NCBI GenBank assembly: GCA_944329365.1
Contig: CALVIC010000001.1
Location: 25,120 to 89,119 of the forward strand
Direction of reading: 5' to 3'
DNA from: an uncultured Bacilli bacterium
GTDB lineage: Bacteria; Bacillota_I; Bacilli_A; RF39; UBA660
Length of the DNA stretch: 64,000 bases
Positions 19,100 through 29,221 of the stretch are shown here, in pieces (the stretch's first letter is position 1; each line of letters starts with the position of its first letter). Both the position numbers and the translations under genes were made by a program. The notes under the pieces were generated by a model. That model was not told the DNA's origin. It saw nothing but the letters and a program-made list of their open reading frames with translations, and did not search any database.

Positions 19100-19260
19100 G
19101 TATGTTTGTAATTATAGAGACAATCGAAAGAGACGATTTAAAGTGGAATCAAGAAATACAAATATTTAGTATGGGTGGTAGTCGTATTTTTTTGGAAACT
19201 GATTAAAAAATGAAGGTTTGTGATTTATTTAAAGAAGTGGCTGTGTATTAGGTGATGACA
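19100..19260 (+). pseudogene. remnant of a DacA/PBP5-family (S11) D-Ala-D-Ala carboxypeptidase gene, about 160 bp
   Basis: Nucleotide-level similarity to the intact dacA at 25540-25720 (…ATTTAAAGTGGAATCAAGAAAT…ATGGGTGGTAGTC…GAAACTG…). The fragment translates to …SMFVIIETIERDDLKWNQEIQ…SMGGSRIFLET* with deletions and stops. Confidence 0.65.
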
Positions 19261-19377
19261 AAATCAAATTTTAAATTAAGCATAGTTAGAAATGCAGAAT
19301 GTGATTAATCAAGTGATTATTTGATTTTTTTTAATAAAAGTGTATAATAGGTGCATATTTAAAAGGGGCGTGAGCAT

Positions 19378-20490
19378 ATGGATTTATTAAATAAAAACAC
19401 TGAAAAACTTGCTAGTCAATTAGAAAGATTAAATATAAAAAAATTTTGTTTAACTGGGGCTGGTAATTCACTTATGTCAGGATATTCTGCAATTTTTAAG
19501 ACTGTGCCTTTATTTAAAAGAAATCCTTATTTAACCGCAATTTTCTCTAAACATAATATAGAAATTATTGCTACTCATTTTGCCCGCATTCAAAACAATA
19601 ATGATGAACATATACATGATTATTTTCAAAACAATATTAGTGAACGTGAAATGTATAGATATAATAGAATTGATACTTTAAAACCTGATACGCCTGTTGT
19701 CGATATGACGGCGGATGAAATAGATAAATATTATCCAAAGAATCCGATTCCGAATCGTCATTTTAAGGATTTGGTTTTAACTAGAGAAGAGGGTAGATCT
19801 AATATTTTAGTTTATATTGGGGCGACTGGTTCTTTTCTAGATAATATAACAAGAGATGGTTTTCCAAAAATTATTAGTGGTTTTAAAAGAGATTATATTT
19901 CGATATCTGCTATTTTAAAGGAAATTCAAAGTAGTAATCGTTATAATGATACAAATACTCAAGTATATTTAGTTGGTATTCCAAGGTATATGGGATTGCA
20001 AATAACGGATATTCTTATTAATGGTCATTTAAAAGAAATTGCTGAAAATTATGCAAATGTAACTTATGTTGAACCTATTAAGGCGCAATTATTCTATGGA
20101 TCAAAGCCTGATGTTCATTTAAATGCAGAGGAATATTTAAATTTAAATAATTCAATAATGAAAAGTATTGACGATAATTATATTGCCGTTATGGCTAAAA
20201 TTGAAATTGATCGGTTCTTGTTTAATTTAAATAAGACTATTGAAACTTTGGTTAGGGAAACAGTAGATAATGATGCTGAAGATAAGATTTCTATTATGAG
20301 TGAAATAGCTGAAAGAAGAATTACTGAATTTTTAAATGGGACTATTGATAAATATATATCACTTATGGCAGCTGAAAACAAAGATATTTCTAAATTTTTA
20401 CAAGAAACAAAAATGTATATAAATGATAGATTTCCTTATGATTTTTATTACGTTGGTAAAGAAAACGTTAATCAATTAATTATTAGATAA
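19378..20490 (+). CDS. SGNH/GDSL-like hydrolase-family protein. Block I is GNSL and block V is DVHLNAEEY.
   Basis: Motifs FCLTGAGNSLMSG and KPDVHLNAEEY resemble SGNH blocks I and V. Confidence 0.45.
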   Translation: MDLLNKNTEKLASQLERLNIKKFCLTGAGNSLMSGYSAIFKTVPLFKRNPYLTAIFSKHNIEIIATHFARIQNNNDEHIHDYFQNNISEREMYRYNRIDTLKPDTPVVDMTADEIDKYYPKNPIPNRHFKDLVLTREEGRSNILVYIGATGSFLDNITRDGFPKIISGFKRDYISISAILKEIQSSNRYNDTNTQVYLVGIPRYMGLQITDILINGHLKEIAENYANVTYVEPIKAQLFYGSKPDVHLNAEEYLNLNNSIMKSIDDNYIAVMAKIEIDRFLFNLNKTIETLVRETVDNDAEDKISIMSEIAERRITEFLNGTIDKYISLMAAENKDISKFLQETKMYINDRFPYDFYYVGKENVNQLIIR

Positions 20491-20503
20491 AGGGGGAAAA
20501 AAC

Positions 20504-21562
20504 ATGGCTAAAGTTAGTATTATAATACCGGTTTACAATGCTGAACCTTATATTGAAACATGTCTTAATAGTATATTAAGTCAATCGTTTAAGGACTATG
20601 AAGTTATATTGGTAAATGACGGAAGTAAGGATAACAGTTTAAATAAAATAGAAAAATATGTTTTAAATCATAAAAATTTTAAATTATTTGTAACAGAAAA
20701 CAATGGAACTGCTGTAGCGAGAAATATTGGGTTAGATGCGGCTACGGGTAAATATATAAAATTTATCGATGCAGATGATAGCTTTTATTCTATGACAAGT
20801 TTAGAGGATATGGTTTCTGTAGCAGAAGAGTATAAATTAGATACTGTAATTGGTAAATATTATTCTTATATTAAACTTTTGGGATTAAAAATAGATTTAA
20901 AAGATGCGTGGAATACTTCCGGATTAACTGAAGAAGGACTATATCAAACGAAGGAGAATAAGTCTGTTCCTTTTATGGAAATGCCAAATGTTGGTAATAA
21001 ACTTTTTTCACGTAATATAATTGGCAATATGAAATTTCCGGCTGGATATAAGTGGGAAGATTTAGCTGTAGTTCCTGCTTTAATTGCAAGAAGCGAACAA
21101 TTTTATTATATAAATAAACCAGTATATAGTTATAGAATGAGTTTATATAATACAACGATAAAAGACTGTTTATTTGCTAATGATATATTTCAATTTTTTG
21201 AAGTATATGAAATGCTAAAAAATAATTTAGGTGATGTTGAACCTATATTTGAAGAAGAATTGAAAAAATTATATGTGGTTCATGGCTCTTTAAAATATTT
21301 AAATAGTTCTTTATGGATAAATATGACACCAGGTGAAAAAAGAAAGATTTTTAGGGACTATATAAATTTAATGGAGCTTATGTATCCAAAATATAATGAA
21401 AGTGATTTGTATAAGGACTACGTTTCTTCTGGACTGGCTTGTATTTTACAAAAATATGTTAATTTATTAATAGGAAAATTTGAAATAAAAAGTGATATAA
21501 ACGAATTAAAATTAAATATAGATTCTGATAGAAAATTAATAAAAAGTAAAACATCTAAATAA
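20504..21562 (+). CDS. family-2 glycosyltransferase
   Basis: N-terminal VSIIIPVYNAEPYIETCLNSILSQSF…VNDGSKDNS and D-x-D motif DADD. Confidence 0.8.
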   Translation: MAKVSIIIPVYNAEPYIETCLNSILSQSFKDYEVILVNDGSKDNSLNKIEKYVLNHKNFKLFVTENNGTAVARNIGLDAATGKYIKFIDADDSFYSMTSLEDMVSVAEEYKLDTVIGKYYSYIKLLGLKIDLKDAWNTSGLTEEGLYQTKENKSVPFMEMPNVGNKLFSRNIIGNMKFPAGYKWEDLAVVPALIARSEQFYYINKPVYSYRMSLYNTTIKDCLFANDIFQFFEVYEMLKNNLGDVEPIFEEELKKLYVVHGSLKYLNSSLWINMTPGEKRKIFRDYINLMELMYPKYNESDLYKDYVSSGLACILQKYVNLLIGKFEIKSDINELKLNIDSDRKLIKSKTSK

Positions 21563-22364
21563 AAGATGTTTTATTATATAAGAGGTAATAATTTTGAACT
21601 ATATATGGAGACATTTTACTTTTAAAATATGTTTTTCTAAGAAAAAAATTTTTAAAAAGAGTAATTTCATTTTTTGAATTGCTCTTTTTAAGTGAAAGAT
21701 ATGTTTTTAACTATTTTTCATTTCTAAGTAGTTTAAAAATAATTTTAAGTTTGGAACAACTTTAGGAACAAATTCTTTATTTTTTATTATATTACGAGAT
21801 ATTGTAAAATGTGAAAAGATTGTAATAATTATAAGATAAATGTATGTGTTTATCTTATATTTAAAGTGGGAAAGTTGGTAAAATAATTTTTTGTGTGTTA
21901 TAATTAATTATAAATGTATTTATGATAGCAAAAAAACAATAAATAAAAATTTTGTTAAATTTAAAATAAGGTAAAATTGAATAAAATGATATATATATGT
22001 TATATCGTAATGATAACCAAATGTTATATTTGAATTACCTGGACAAAATAATATTACTTTCAGACATTCTTAAGATTATTTTTAGACTTCTGTGATATTT
22101 TTAAGTTGATAGATTCTAAAATTCTAAAATTTGAAGGTAATTTTTTTGAAGATAATGAAAATTTTAGCTGTAATTTTTGTTTTATCAATTGTGGTAGCTT
22201 GTTTAGAAGTTTAAATCGATGATTATTTATGTTTAATTGGTGTAGGCATTCACGGATGGAACGGTAGTTGTACTACAAAAAAATGTTAAGGAAACTATTT
22301 ATTAGTTATACTTTGGCATTTATCTTATTTTATACTTATTTTTAATGTTTAAGGGGTTTTAATT

Positions 22365-23249
22365 ATGAAAATTTTTGTAAAGCGTAATAAATTTTTATTA
22401 ATTTCATTATTAATTATATTTTTGTGGGTTTTGATTTCTTTAATTCAGTATAAATTTGATTTTGAAAATTTAAAAGAGTCTTCTATTAAAAATTTAGAAT
22501 ACTGCGTACAAAATCATAGTGATGATTTTTGTGACAGATTTTCAGTAGCTGTAATGCCAGATACTATTTCAATGTTTTTTCAACTAATTATTAATTATTC
22601 TTTAAGAATTTTTACTTTCTTTGTATATCCGATTTTAATTATTATATCTGTAACATCAGGTATTTATGGAATGGTTAAATCAGGAATGTTTAAAAATGTT
22701 TTGACAAGAATGACATATAAAAATTATATATCTAAAGTTTATTTATCCTCTTTAAAAAATTTAATAATACTTCCGTTTTTTTTGATAATTCTTTTTATTG
22801 GCTCTTATATTTTGGCAGGTGGTAATTTAATAATTCCAACAGAGGAATCAAGCTTTATATCTCAAGAGTATTTAAATAATTTAGTTGTTTTTGGTTTAGT
22901 TTATGTTCTTAATATTTTTCTTCTTAATTTATTTATAATTAATATAAGTTATATATTTACAATAAAAAGTAATCATTTTGTGTCAGCTGTAATTGGTTCT
23001 TATTTATGTTTTTGGATTATTTGGATAATTTTAGAAGCATTTGTTGGAGTGTTTGTTCAAAATGTGTTTAATGTTAAATTACTAACGAATTCTTTGAACT
23101 TTTCGGCTTTTTGGGTTTATGACCATGTAATTAGTTTGCCATTTATGGTACTTTTCGCTTTAAGTTTAGTCATTGTTTCGACAATTGGTGTTTATTTAAT
23201 CGTCCGAAATAAGGAAAGGGTTGTTTTAAATGCGGAAAGAAGTATTTAA
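22365..23249 (+). CDS. polytopic membrane protein, putative permease subunit of a three-gene ABC exporter
   Basis: About 7 hydrophobic segments. Overlaps the next gene. Confidence 0.5.
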   Translation: MKIFVKRNKFLLISLLIIFLWVLISLIQYKFDFENLKESSIKNLEYCVQNHSDDFCDRFSVAVMPDTISMFFQLIINYSLRIFTFFVYPILIIISVTSGIYGMVKSGMFKNVLTRMTYKNYISKVYLSSLKNLIILPFFLIILFIGSYILAGGNLIIPTEESSFISQEYLNNLVVFGLVYVLNIFLLNLFIINISYIFTIKSNHFVSAVIGSYLCFWIIWIILEAFVGVFVQNVFNVKLLTNSLNFSAFWVYDHVISLPFMVLFALSLVIVSTIGVYLIVRNKERVVLNAERSI

Positions 23250-24645
23250 TAAGTTTATTAATTCATGGGTATTTAAAATTATAATATCAATTTCAATCAT
23301 TGTGACAATATTTGCCGTGACAAATTATGGACTTAATAAGTCATATGCTGTGGCTTTGCAAAGCATTTTAAGCTCGTCAGTTTATATAGTTTGCGGACTA
23401 TTTCTTCCATTATTTGTGACAACAATTAATATATATAACATTTTTAATAATAACTATTTTTTTAAAATAAGGCTCGGTTCAAAGCAAAATGAGATTAAAG
23501 AGTTACTTAAATGTAGTGTTTATGCAAACAGTATAATGTTTTTTGTTATATTTTTACTTTTATTTGTATTTTTAAATTTGTCTTGTGCTTCTAATTTAGA
23601 ATTTATGAATAGTTATCAATTTTATAATATTCCAAATATAATTTATATAATTTTTTATATTGTAAGGCTATACGCAATAATGATAGTAGTTTCTTTATTT
23701 AATAGTTTTTTATTAGAAAAATTTTCTACAAAAGTAGTAATAGGTTTAAATATAGTTTTTTATGGCATCTTTTTCGATTATAATTATGTACCATTTACAG
23801 ATGGAAGAACATCTATTCTCGATACATCCCCACTTATTTTTGAGTATTTACAATTAAATTCATATTCTACATTTTTAACTGAAATTTTATGTTCTATTTT
23901 TGCTTTGTTACTTCCGATATTATTGTTAAATATTCTTTTAAATTTAAATGTGAAAAAAAGTGATGTAAATAGTTTTAAATATGTGGTGTTAAATGATACT
24001 GAATATACGATTAGAACTAAGAAATTTATATTAATTTTCTATTTTGCTTATTTAATTATATATTCATTGATTAAAATTTTTGTGATGAATTATAATGATA
24101 ATGGTTTTAACGTTGTTTTAGGATTAAATGCGGATATTAACGATAATTTTTTAAATGTTATTTCATTTTTCCTTAATGTTTTAGTGTTTGTTATGCTTGG
24201 GACAATGTTATTTGTGAAAGATTTATCGAAAAACAAAAGTAATATTTTTTTAAGGATAAATAAAACAAAATGGACTATTTTAAAGATTATATCTATAATA
24301 ATTCAGTTTGCCATTTTACTGGCGGTTGGTTATTTAGTTACTTTCACTATATTTAGTTTGTTTGATAAGATGCCAGATAATACTTTATTACTTTATTTTA
24401 CAAATTTAACCATATTTATTTTGCTTGAACTTTTTATATTGATTTTAATATATGGAAATGTTATTTTAAAATTGTTAATAGGTTTAGGTTTGATATTATT
24501 ACTTTGTTTTAACTTAATAGGGGTTGTAAGTATGACAAATTATATTTGGTATTTAGTGGTTTCTTTAATTATTATGATTATATTTGCGATTATGATTTTT
24601 AGAAAGAGAATTTATAAACTGTTTGAAAGTGAGGCTTTTAGATGA
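23230..24645 (+). CDS. polytopic membrane protein, second putative permease of the ABC exporter
   Basis: At least 10 hydrophobic segments. Translationally coupled to both flanking genes. Confidence 0.5.
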   Translation: MRKEVFNKFINSWVFKIIISISIIVTIFAVTNYGLNKSYAVALQSILSSSVYIVCGLFLPLFVTTINIYNIFNNNYFFKIRLGSKQNEIKELLKCSVYANSIMFFVIFLLLFVFLNLSCASNLEFMNSYQFYNIPNIIYIIFYIVRLYAIMIVVSLFNSFLLEKFSTKVVIGLNIVFYGIFFDYNYVPFTDGRTSILDTSPLIFEYLQLNSYSTFLTEILCSIFALLLPILLLNILLNLNVKKSDVNSFKYVVLNDTEYTIRTKKFILIFYFAYLIIYSLIKIFVMNYNDNGFNVVLGLNADINDNFLNVISFFLNVLVFVMLGTMLFVKDLSKNKSNIFLRINKTKWTILKIISIIIQFAILLAVGYLVTFTIFSLFDKMPDNTLLLYFTNLTIFILLELFILILIYGNVILKLLIGLGLILLLCFNLIGVVSMTNYIWYLVVSLIIMIIFAIMIFRKRIYKLFESEAFR

Positions 24646-25277
24646 AAATTAGGTTAATAAATGTGTCAAAAGAGTTTAAAAAAGTTCCTGTTTTAAAGAA
24701 TGTAAATTTAGAATTTGAAGAGGGGAAGATATACGGTTTTGTTGGGCGTAATGGTAGTGGTAAAAGTGTTTTACTTAAAATAATGTGTAACTTCTATGAA
24801 CCGACAACAGGCGAGGTTTTATATGATGGTGTAGATATTGTAAAAGCGAAAACATATCCTCCAGAAACTAGAGCTTTAATTGAATCACCTTCTTTTCTTC
24901 CTGATCTTACAGGCTTTGAAAATTTAAAGTTACTTGCCGCAATTCAACATAAAATAAGTGATGAAGATATAGTTAAAACATTAAAGCTTGTAAATCTCGA
25001 TGATGAAATGAATAAAAAATATAGTAATTATTCACTCGGTATGAAACAAAAACTTGGTATTGCCCAGGTTTTAATGGAGAATCCCAAAGTAATTATTTTA
25101 GATGAGCCATTTAATGGAGTAGAGAACGAAACAGTAAAGAAACTGAGAAAGGTTTTATTAGATGAAAAAGAAAAGGGAAAGATAATTATTTTAGCTTCGC
25201 ATATTAAAGATGATATTGAAGAACTTGCCGATGTGGTTTACGAAGTTGATGCGGGTAATGTAACGGAAAGAAAATGA
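24642..25277 (+). CDS. ABC transporter ATP-binding protein (211 aa) with a degenerate signature motif
   Basis: Walker A GRNGSGKS, Walker B IIILDEP, H-loop ASH. The signature reads YSLGMKQK instead of LSGGQ. Confidence 0.75.
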   Translation: MKIRLINVSKEFKKVPVLKNVNLEFEEGKIYGFVGRNGSGKSVLLKIMCNFYEPTTGEVLYDGVDIVKAKTYPPETRALIESPSFLPDLTGFENLKLLAAIQHKISDEDIVKTLKLVNLDDEMNKKYSNYSLGMKQKLGIAQVLMENPKVIILDEPFNGVENETVKKLRKVLLDEKEKGKIIILASHIKDDIEELADVVYEVDAGNVTERK

Positions 25278-25344
25278 ATTTGAAATAGGGTATAAAAGTT
25301 ATATTCTATTTTTTTTGACATATTTTTTATTAGAGGCGATGTTA

Positions 25345-26496
25345 ATGAAAAAAATACTGATATTATTAATGATAAATTTTCTTTTTATTCCAGTTGTTTC
25401 GGCTGAGGACTTAAAACTTGCCGAAAATGCAAAATCGGCAATTTTAATCGAAGCTAGTACGGGAGAGATTTTATTTGAAAAGAATGCGGATGAGAGGTTA
25501 GTGCCTGCAAGTATGACAAAAATGATGAGTATGCTTGTGATTATCGAGGCGATTGAAAACGGTGATTTGAAGTGGAATCAAGAAATTCAAGTGAGTGAGA
25601 ATGCGTCTAGCATGGGTGGGAGTCAGATTTTACTCGAAACTGGTGAGAAGATGAGCGTTCGTGATTTGTTTAAAGGGGTTGCGATTGCGTCTGGTAATGA
25701 TGCGGTGGTGGCTTTGGCTGAGGCGGTTGCGGGAACAGAGGATGCGTTTGTGCAAAAGATGAATGATAAAGCTAAAGAGCTCGGGCTTAAAAATACTAAT
25801 TTTAAAAACCCGCATGGGCTTGATACAGCTAATCATTATTCGAGTGCGAGGGATATGTCGTTAATTGCTAAAGAACTTGTTAAACATGAAAAGGTTTTAG
25901 AGTTTACATCGGTTTATGAGGATTATTTAAGAGAAAATACGGATAGAAAGATTTGGCTTGTTAATACAAATAAGTTAGTGAGATTTTACGATGGTGTAGA
26001 TGGTCTTAAGACTGGATTTACCGAAGGGGCAGGTTATTGTTTGACGGCAACGGCGAAAAAGGATGGAATGAGAGTTATCGCGGTTGTCATGGGCGAGGCT
26101 GACAGTAAGATGAGGAATCAAGAGGTTAGCGAGATGTTAGATTATGCTTTTGCTCAATATAAGCTCGAAAATTTGCTTGAAGATGGATATTATTTGGGAA
26201 AGTATAAGGTTTATAATGGTAAAGATGAGTTTGTAACGGTTATTCCAAAGGATGGGGCGACGATTTTGAGAAAGAAAGGGGAAAAGAGTTCAAAGGCAAC
26301 TTATGAAGCTCTTGTTTATGAGCTTAAGGCTCCACTTAAAAAAGGTGATATAGTTGGGTTTTTAAAGATAAAAGAAGATGGTAAAATTATAAGGAAAGTT
26401 AAACTTACGGTTGATAAAGATGTGAAGAAGGCAAATTATTTGGAACTACTTGGAAGAAATATTAGAGATATGGTAACTGGAAAAATTAGTATTTAG
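25345..26496 (+). CDS. dacA: D-alanyl-D-alanine carboxypeptidase (PBP5/DacA, S11)
   Basis: Signal peptide, SxxK motif ASMTK, SGN, KTG. Terminator at 26589-26618. Confidence 0.9.
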   Translation: MKKILILLMINFLFIPVVSAEDLKLAENAKSAILIEASTGEILFEKNADERLVPASMTKMMSMLVIIEAIENGDLKWNQEIQVSENASSMGGSQILLETGEKMSVRDLFKGVAIASGNDAVVALAEAVAGTEDAFVQKMNDKAKELGLKNTNFKNPHGLDTANHYSSARDMSLIAKELVKHEKVLEFTSVYEDYLRENTDRKIWLVNTNKLVRFYDGVDGLKTGFTEGAGYCLTATAKKDGMRVIAVVMGEADSKMRNQEVSEMLDYAFAQYKLENLLEDGYYLGKYKVYNGKDEFVTVIPKDGATILRKKGEKSSKATYEALVYELKAPLKKGDIVGFLKIKEDGKIIRKVKLTVDKDVKKANYLELLGRNIRDMVTGKISI

Positions 26497-26765
26497 AAAA
26501 TTTATTTTTAGTTTGTTTTAAGAATTTTCGAATAAATTAAATGAGGTAATAATTTACTGTAATAAAATTTTTTAGTTGTTTACTAATTAGAAGTTATATT
26601 ATAATGACTTCTTTTTTATTTGATTTTTACAATAAACATGTTAAAAAAAGTACATAGTAAATATAATTTAAGAAGCGGGATTAATTCTTTAATATGTCTT
26701 TTTTTTACCCTTGTTTATAGAAGGGAAATTTGTTATAATTATTAGTAACCGTATGAGGTGGTTAG

Positions 26766-27041
26766 ATGTATAGAATGTATAAAATGTATAAAATGTTAGA
26801 TGATAGGATCGTTTTTTTAGTAAACGATGCAATTAAAGGAGAAGCTGAGTTTAGAAAGGCTAGCGAGGATGTACTGGATGTTTTTCATATTTTTGTGGAT
26901 GATGAATATCGTGGTCAAGGAATTGCTAATACTTTTATGGATCTTTTGGTTAAATACTGTGAAATGTATGATTACAAAATGAAGTGTTCTTGTCCTTACG
27001 CTAAAAAGTGGATGGAAAAACACGGAAAGGAGATAGTATGA
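26766..27041 (+). CDS. small GNAT-like N-acetyltransferase (YjdJ-like, about 90 aa)
   Basis: …VDDEYRGQGIANTFMDLLVKYCEMYDYKMKCSCPYAKKWMEKH pattern. The 5' end carries a 3x ATGTAT(A/G)AA 9-bp tandem repeat (MYRMYKMYKM), so the true start may be the ATG at 26793. Confidence 0.55.
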   Translation: MYRMYKMYKMLDDRIVFLVNDAIKGEAEFRKASEDVLDVFHIFVDDEYRGQGIANTFMDLLVKYCEMYDYKMKCSCPYAKKWMEKHGKEIV

Positions 27042-27589
27042 AAAAGTATTTAAAGGTTATTTTGATGGTAGTAGGGATTCTTGCCTTGATTGGTATATGT
27101 TTTTTGCTTTATTTTAATTTAACTTATATTAGTAAAGAGCGGGTTCGAGATAGTATTGCTTCAGAAATGAATGTAGATGTTTCTGATTTGCATTTTAGTA
27201 GTATAGACTTGGAGATGGATGAACATATTTATGAGGCTGAGGTTTATTATCAAAATAGGGAATACGAATTTAAGATAGATGCCCGAGATGGAGATTTAGT
27301 GTATACTAATTATGTTAAGCCAAATAATTCAGTCAATAACAAAAATAATAATTCTAACAATGAGATAAATACTAATGATGAACTGACTATTGATGAGGCA
27401 AAAGCTTTGGTTTTGAAAGAAAATAATTTGAGTGAAAGTGACGTTGTTTTTTCAAAGCCCGAAAGTGATTATGATAATAATATGCTTATTTATGATATTG
27501 AATTTATTTATAACAATACAGAATATAATTATGAGGTTAGAGCAAGTGATGGCCAAATAATTAGTTTTGAACAAGATAGTGTTCACTGA
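27038..27589 (+). CDS. membrane-anchored protein with two PepSY-like domains
   Basis: AAAGGAG RBS. N-terminal TM helix. Two repeats of the …YEAEVYYQNREYEFKIDARDGDLV… / …YNYEVRASDGQII… type. Confidence 0.6.
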   Translation: MKKYLKVILMVVGILALIGICFLLYFNLTYISKERVRDSIASEMNVDVSDLHFSSIDLEMDEHIYEAEVYYQNREYEFKIDARDGDLVYTNYVKPNNSVNNKNNNSNNEINTNDELTIDEAKALVLKENNLSESDVVFSKPESDYDNNMLIYDIEFIYNNTEYNYEVRASDGQIISFEQDSVH

Positions 27590-27654
27590 GGTATTAGCTT
27601 AATTGGTTAATACTTTTTTATAGTTTGAAGGTTGTAGCAAGAAGGTAGATATAG

Positions 27655-29154
27655 GTGTCGAAGGTTTTAGATGGTGTTTTAGGTCAAGCAATTGGCGAGG
27701 CAATGGGAATTCCTCTTAAATTTAGGGAGAGAAAAACTCTTTTTGAAAGTCCAGTTACCGAGATGGTAGGTAATGGTAGTTATAATGTACCTAGTGGAAC
27801 TTGGGGATGTGTAACTTCTTTTACTTTGGCGACAATGGATTCAATTATTAAGGCTAAAGGTTTAAATTATGAAGATTTGACTTTGAGATTTTGTGATTTT
27901 ATGGAAAAGAATGAATATACAGCTGCAGGTGAGGCTTTTGATATTCCAAGGACTTCTAAAAAGGCTTTACAGAGTTATTTGAAAAAAAGAGTGGTTTTTA
28001 ATGGTTCGACGACTGATAATGGAAATGGTTCGCTTTTGAGAATGCTACCGATTGCGATATATTCTTATTATGAGATGTTTGATGACGATGAACTTTATGA
28101 TGCAGTAAAGAAGGCTTCAATGATTACGAATGCTAGTGATGTTTGTGTTATGGGCTGCTTTATTTATTGTAAATATGTTCATTTGATTTTAGATGGAGCG
28201 GATAAGTTTTCTAGTTATAGATATATCAAAGATTTAACTTATGCAAAGTTTACAGCTGATGCTAAAAGGTGTTATAAAAGGTTTTTGATGACGGATTTTG
28301 ATAAGATGGATATTGATTATATTAGATCATCTGATTATGTGGTCGATACTTTGGAAGCTGTAATTTGGGTTATTTTAAATACTAATTCTTTTGCTGAAGC
28401 GGTCGTCGGAGCGATTAATTTAGGGGGAGATACTAGTACTATAGGCGCACTTACGGGGGCGCTTGCCGGAATTATTTATGGTTACGATGATATTCCACCG
28501 GAGTTTATTAGTGGAATTAAAAATCGAGATTTGGTTTTGAATGTGGCAAAGGATTTTGAGAAAAATGTTAGAGAACGGGTTATGAAGTATGATCAAGAGT
28601 TTAAAAATCAATATGGAGTAATTTTAGGAAATAACAAGGTTTTGTTTATCAAGACAGAGATGAACTCAAATATTTATGGTGTCGATAATCGTTATTTAAA
28701 GATTGCTCGGAAGGCTAATTATTTATATGGAGTTACAGTTGTAGTGTCAGCTTGTCAGAGTATGGACAAGAAGCTATTAGACCGAGATTTTGAGCTGATA
28801 GATGATTGTTTTGACGAGGATTATGAAATTTATTATATGGGAGTTGCTAGTGGGGCTTTGCTTGGAATTCAATATGAATGCGATAATTTAAATATTCGAA
28901 AGATGATGCTTGTTAATACTCCTTTAACAGTTAATTTGCACAAAACTAAAGAGGGAATTGAAAAATTTGATGGCGAGTTGTTTTTGATTTATGGTGATAA
29001 GGATTTGTCGGTTAATTATATTCCGCTTATAAAGGAGTATGAGAGTGATAAAGTTAAGATTATAAAGTATAAGGGTCAAGATCATACTTTTAATAGAGGA
29101 AATGAGTTTTTAAATTTACCGTTTTTGTATTTGATCAAGTCGTTAAAAAAATAG
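27655..29154 (+). CDS. ADP-ribosylglycohydrolase-family domain fused to a C-terminal alpha/beta-hydrolase-like domain
   Basis: N-terminal 320 aa carry ARH/DraG-like motifs (GQAIGEAMG…, …GDTSTIGALTGALAGIIYG). C-terminal 180 aa carry a GVASG motif and …GDKD…H…. GTG start assumed after the GAAGGTAG RBS. Confidence 0.55.
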   Translation: MSKVLDGVLGQAIGEAMGIPLKFRERKTLFESPVTEMVGNGSYNVPSGTWGCVTSFTLATMDSIIKAKGLNYEDLTLRFCDFMEKNEYTAAGEAFDIPRTSKKALQSYLKKRVVFNGSTTDNGNGSLLRMLPIAIYSYYEMFDDDELYDAVKKASMITNASDVCVMGCFIYCKYVHLILDGADKFSSYRYIKDLTYAKFTADAKRCYKRFLMTDFDKMDIDYIRSSDYVVDTLEAVIWVILNTNSFAEAVVGAINLGGDTSTIGALTGALAGIIYGYDDIPPEFISGIKNRDLVLNVAKDFEKNVRERVMKYDQEFKNQYGVILGNNKVLFIKTEMNSNIYGVDNRYLKIARKANYLYGVTVVVSACQSMDKKLLDRDFELIDDCFDEDYEIYYMGVASGALLGIQYECDNLNIRKMMLVNTPLTVNLHKTKEGIEKFDGELFLIYGDKDLSVNYIPLIKEYESDKVKIIKYKGQDHTFNRGNEFLNLPFLYLIKSLKK

Positions 29155-29221
29155 GCTTATCATGGCTTATACTTTTTATATTATGTAAAATGTGTTATTA
29201 TTGATTTAGGAAGTGATACTG

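Noticed and set aside
22150-22209. 19-codon ORF MKILAVIFVLSIVVACLEV as a micro-protein gene
   Set aside because: It looks like the N-terminal lipoprotein signal peptide of a lost gene (it stops right after the lipobox-like VVAC, and the downstream sequence is out of frame). No RBS. Recorded only as a remnant.
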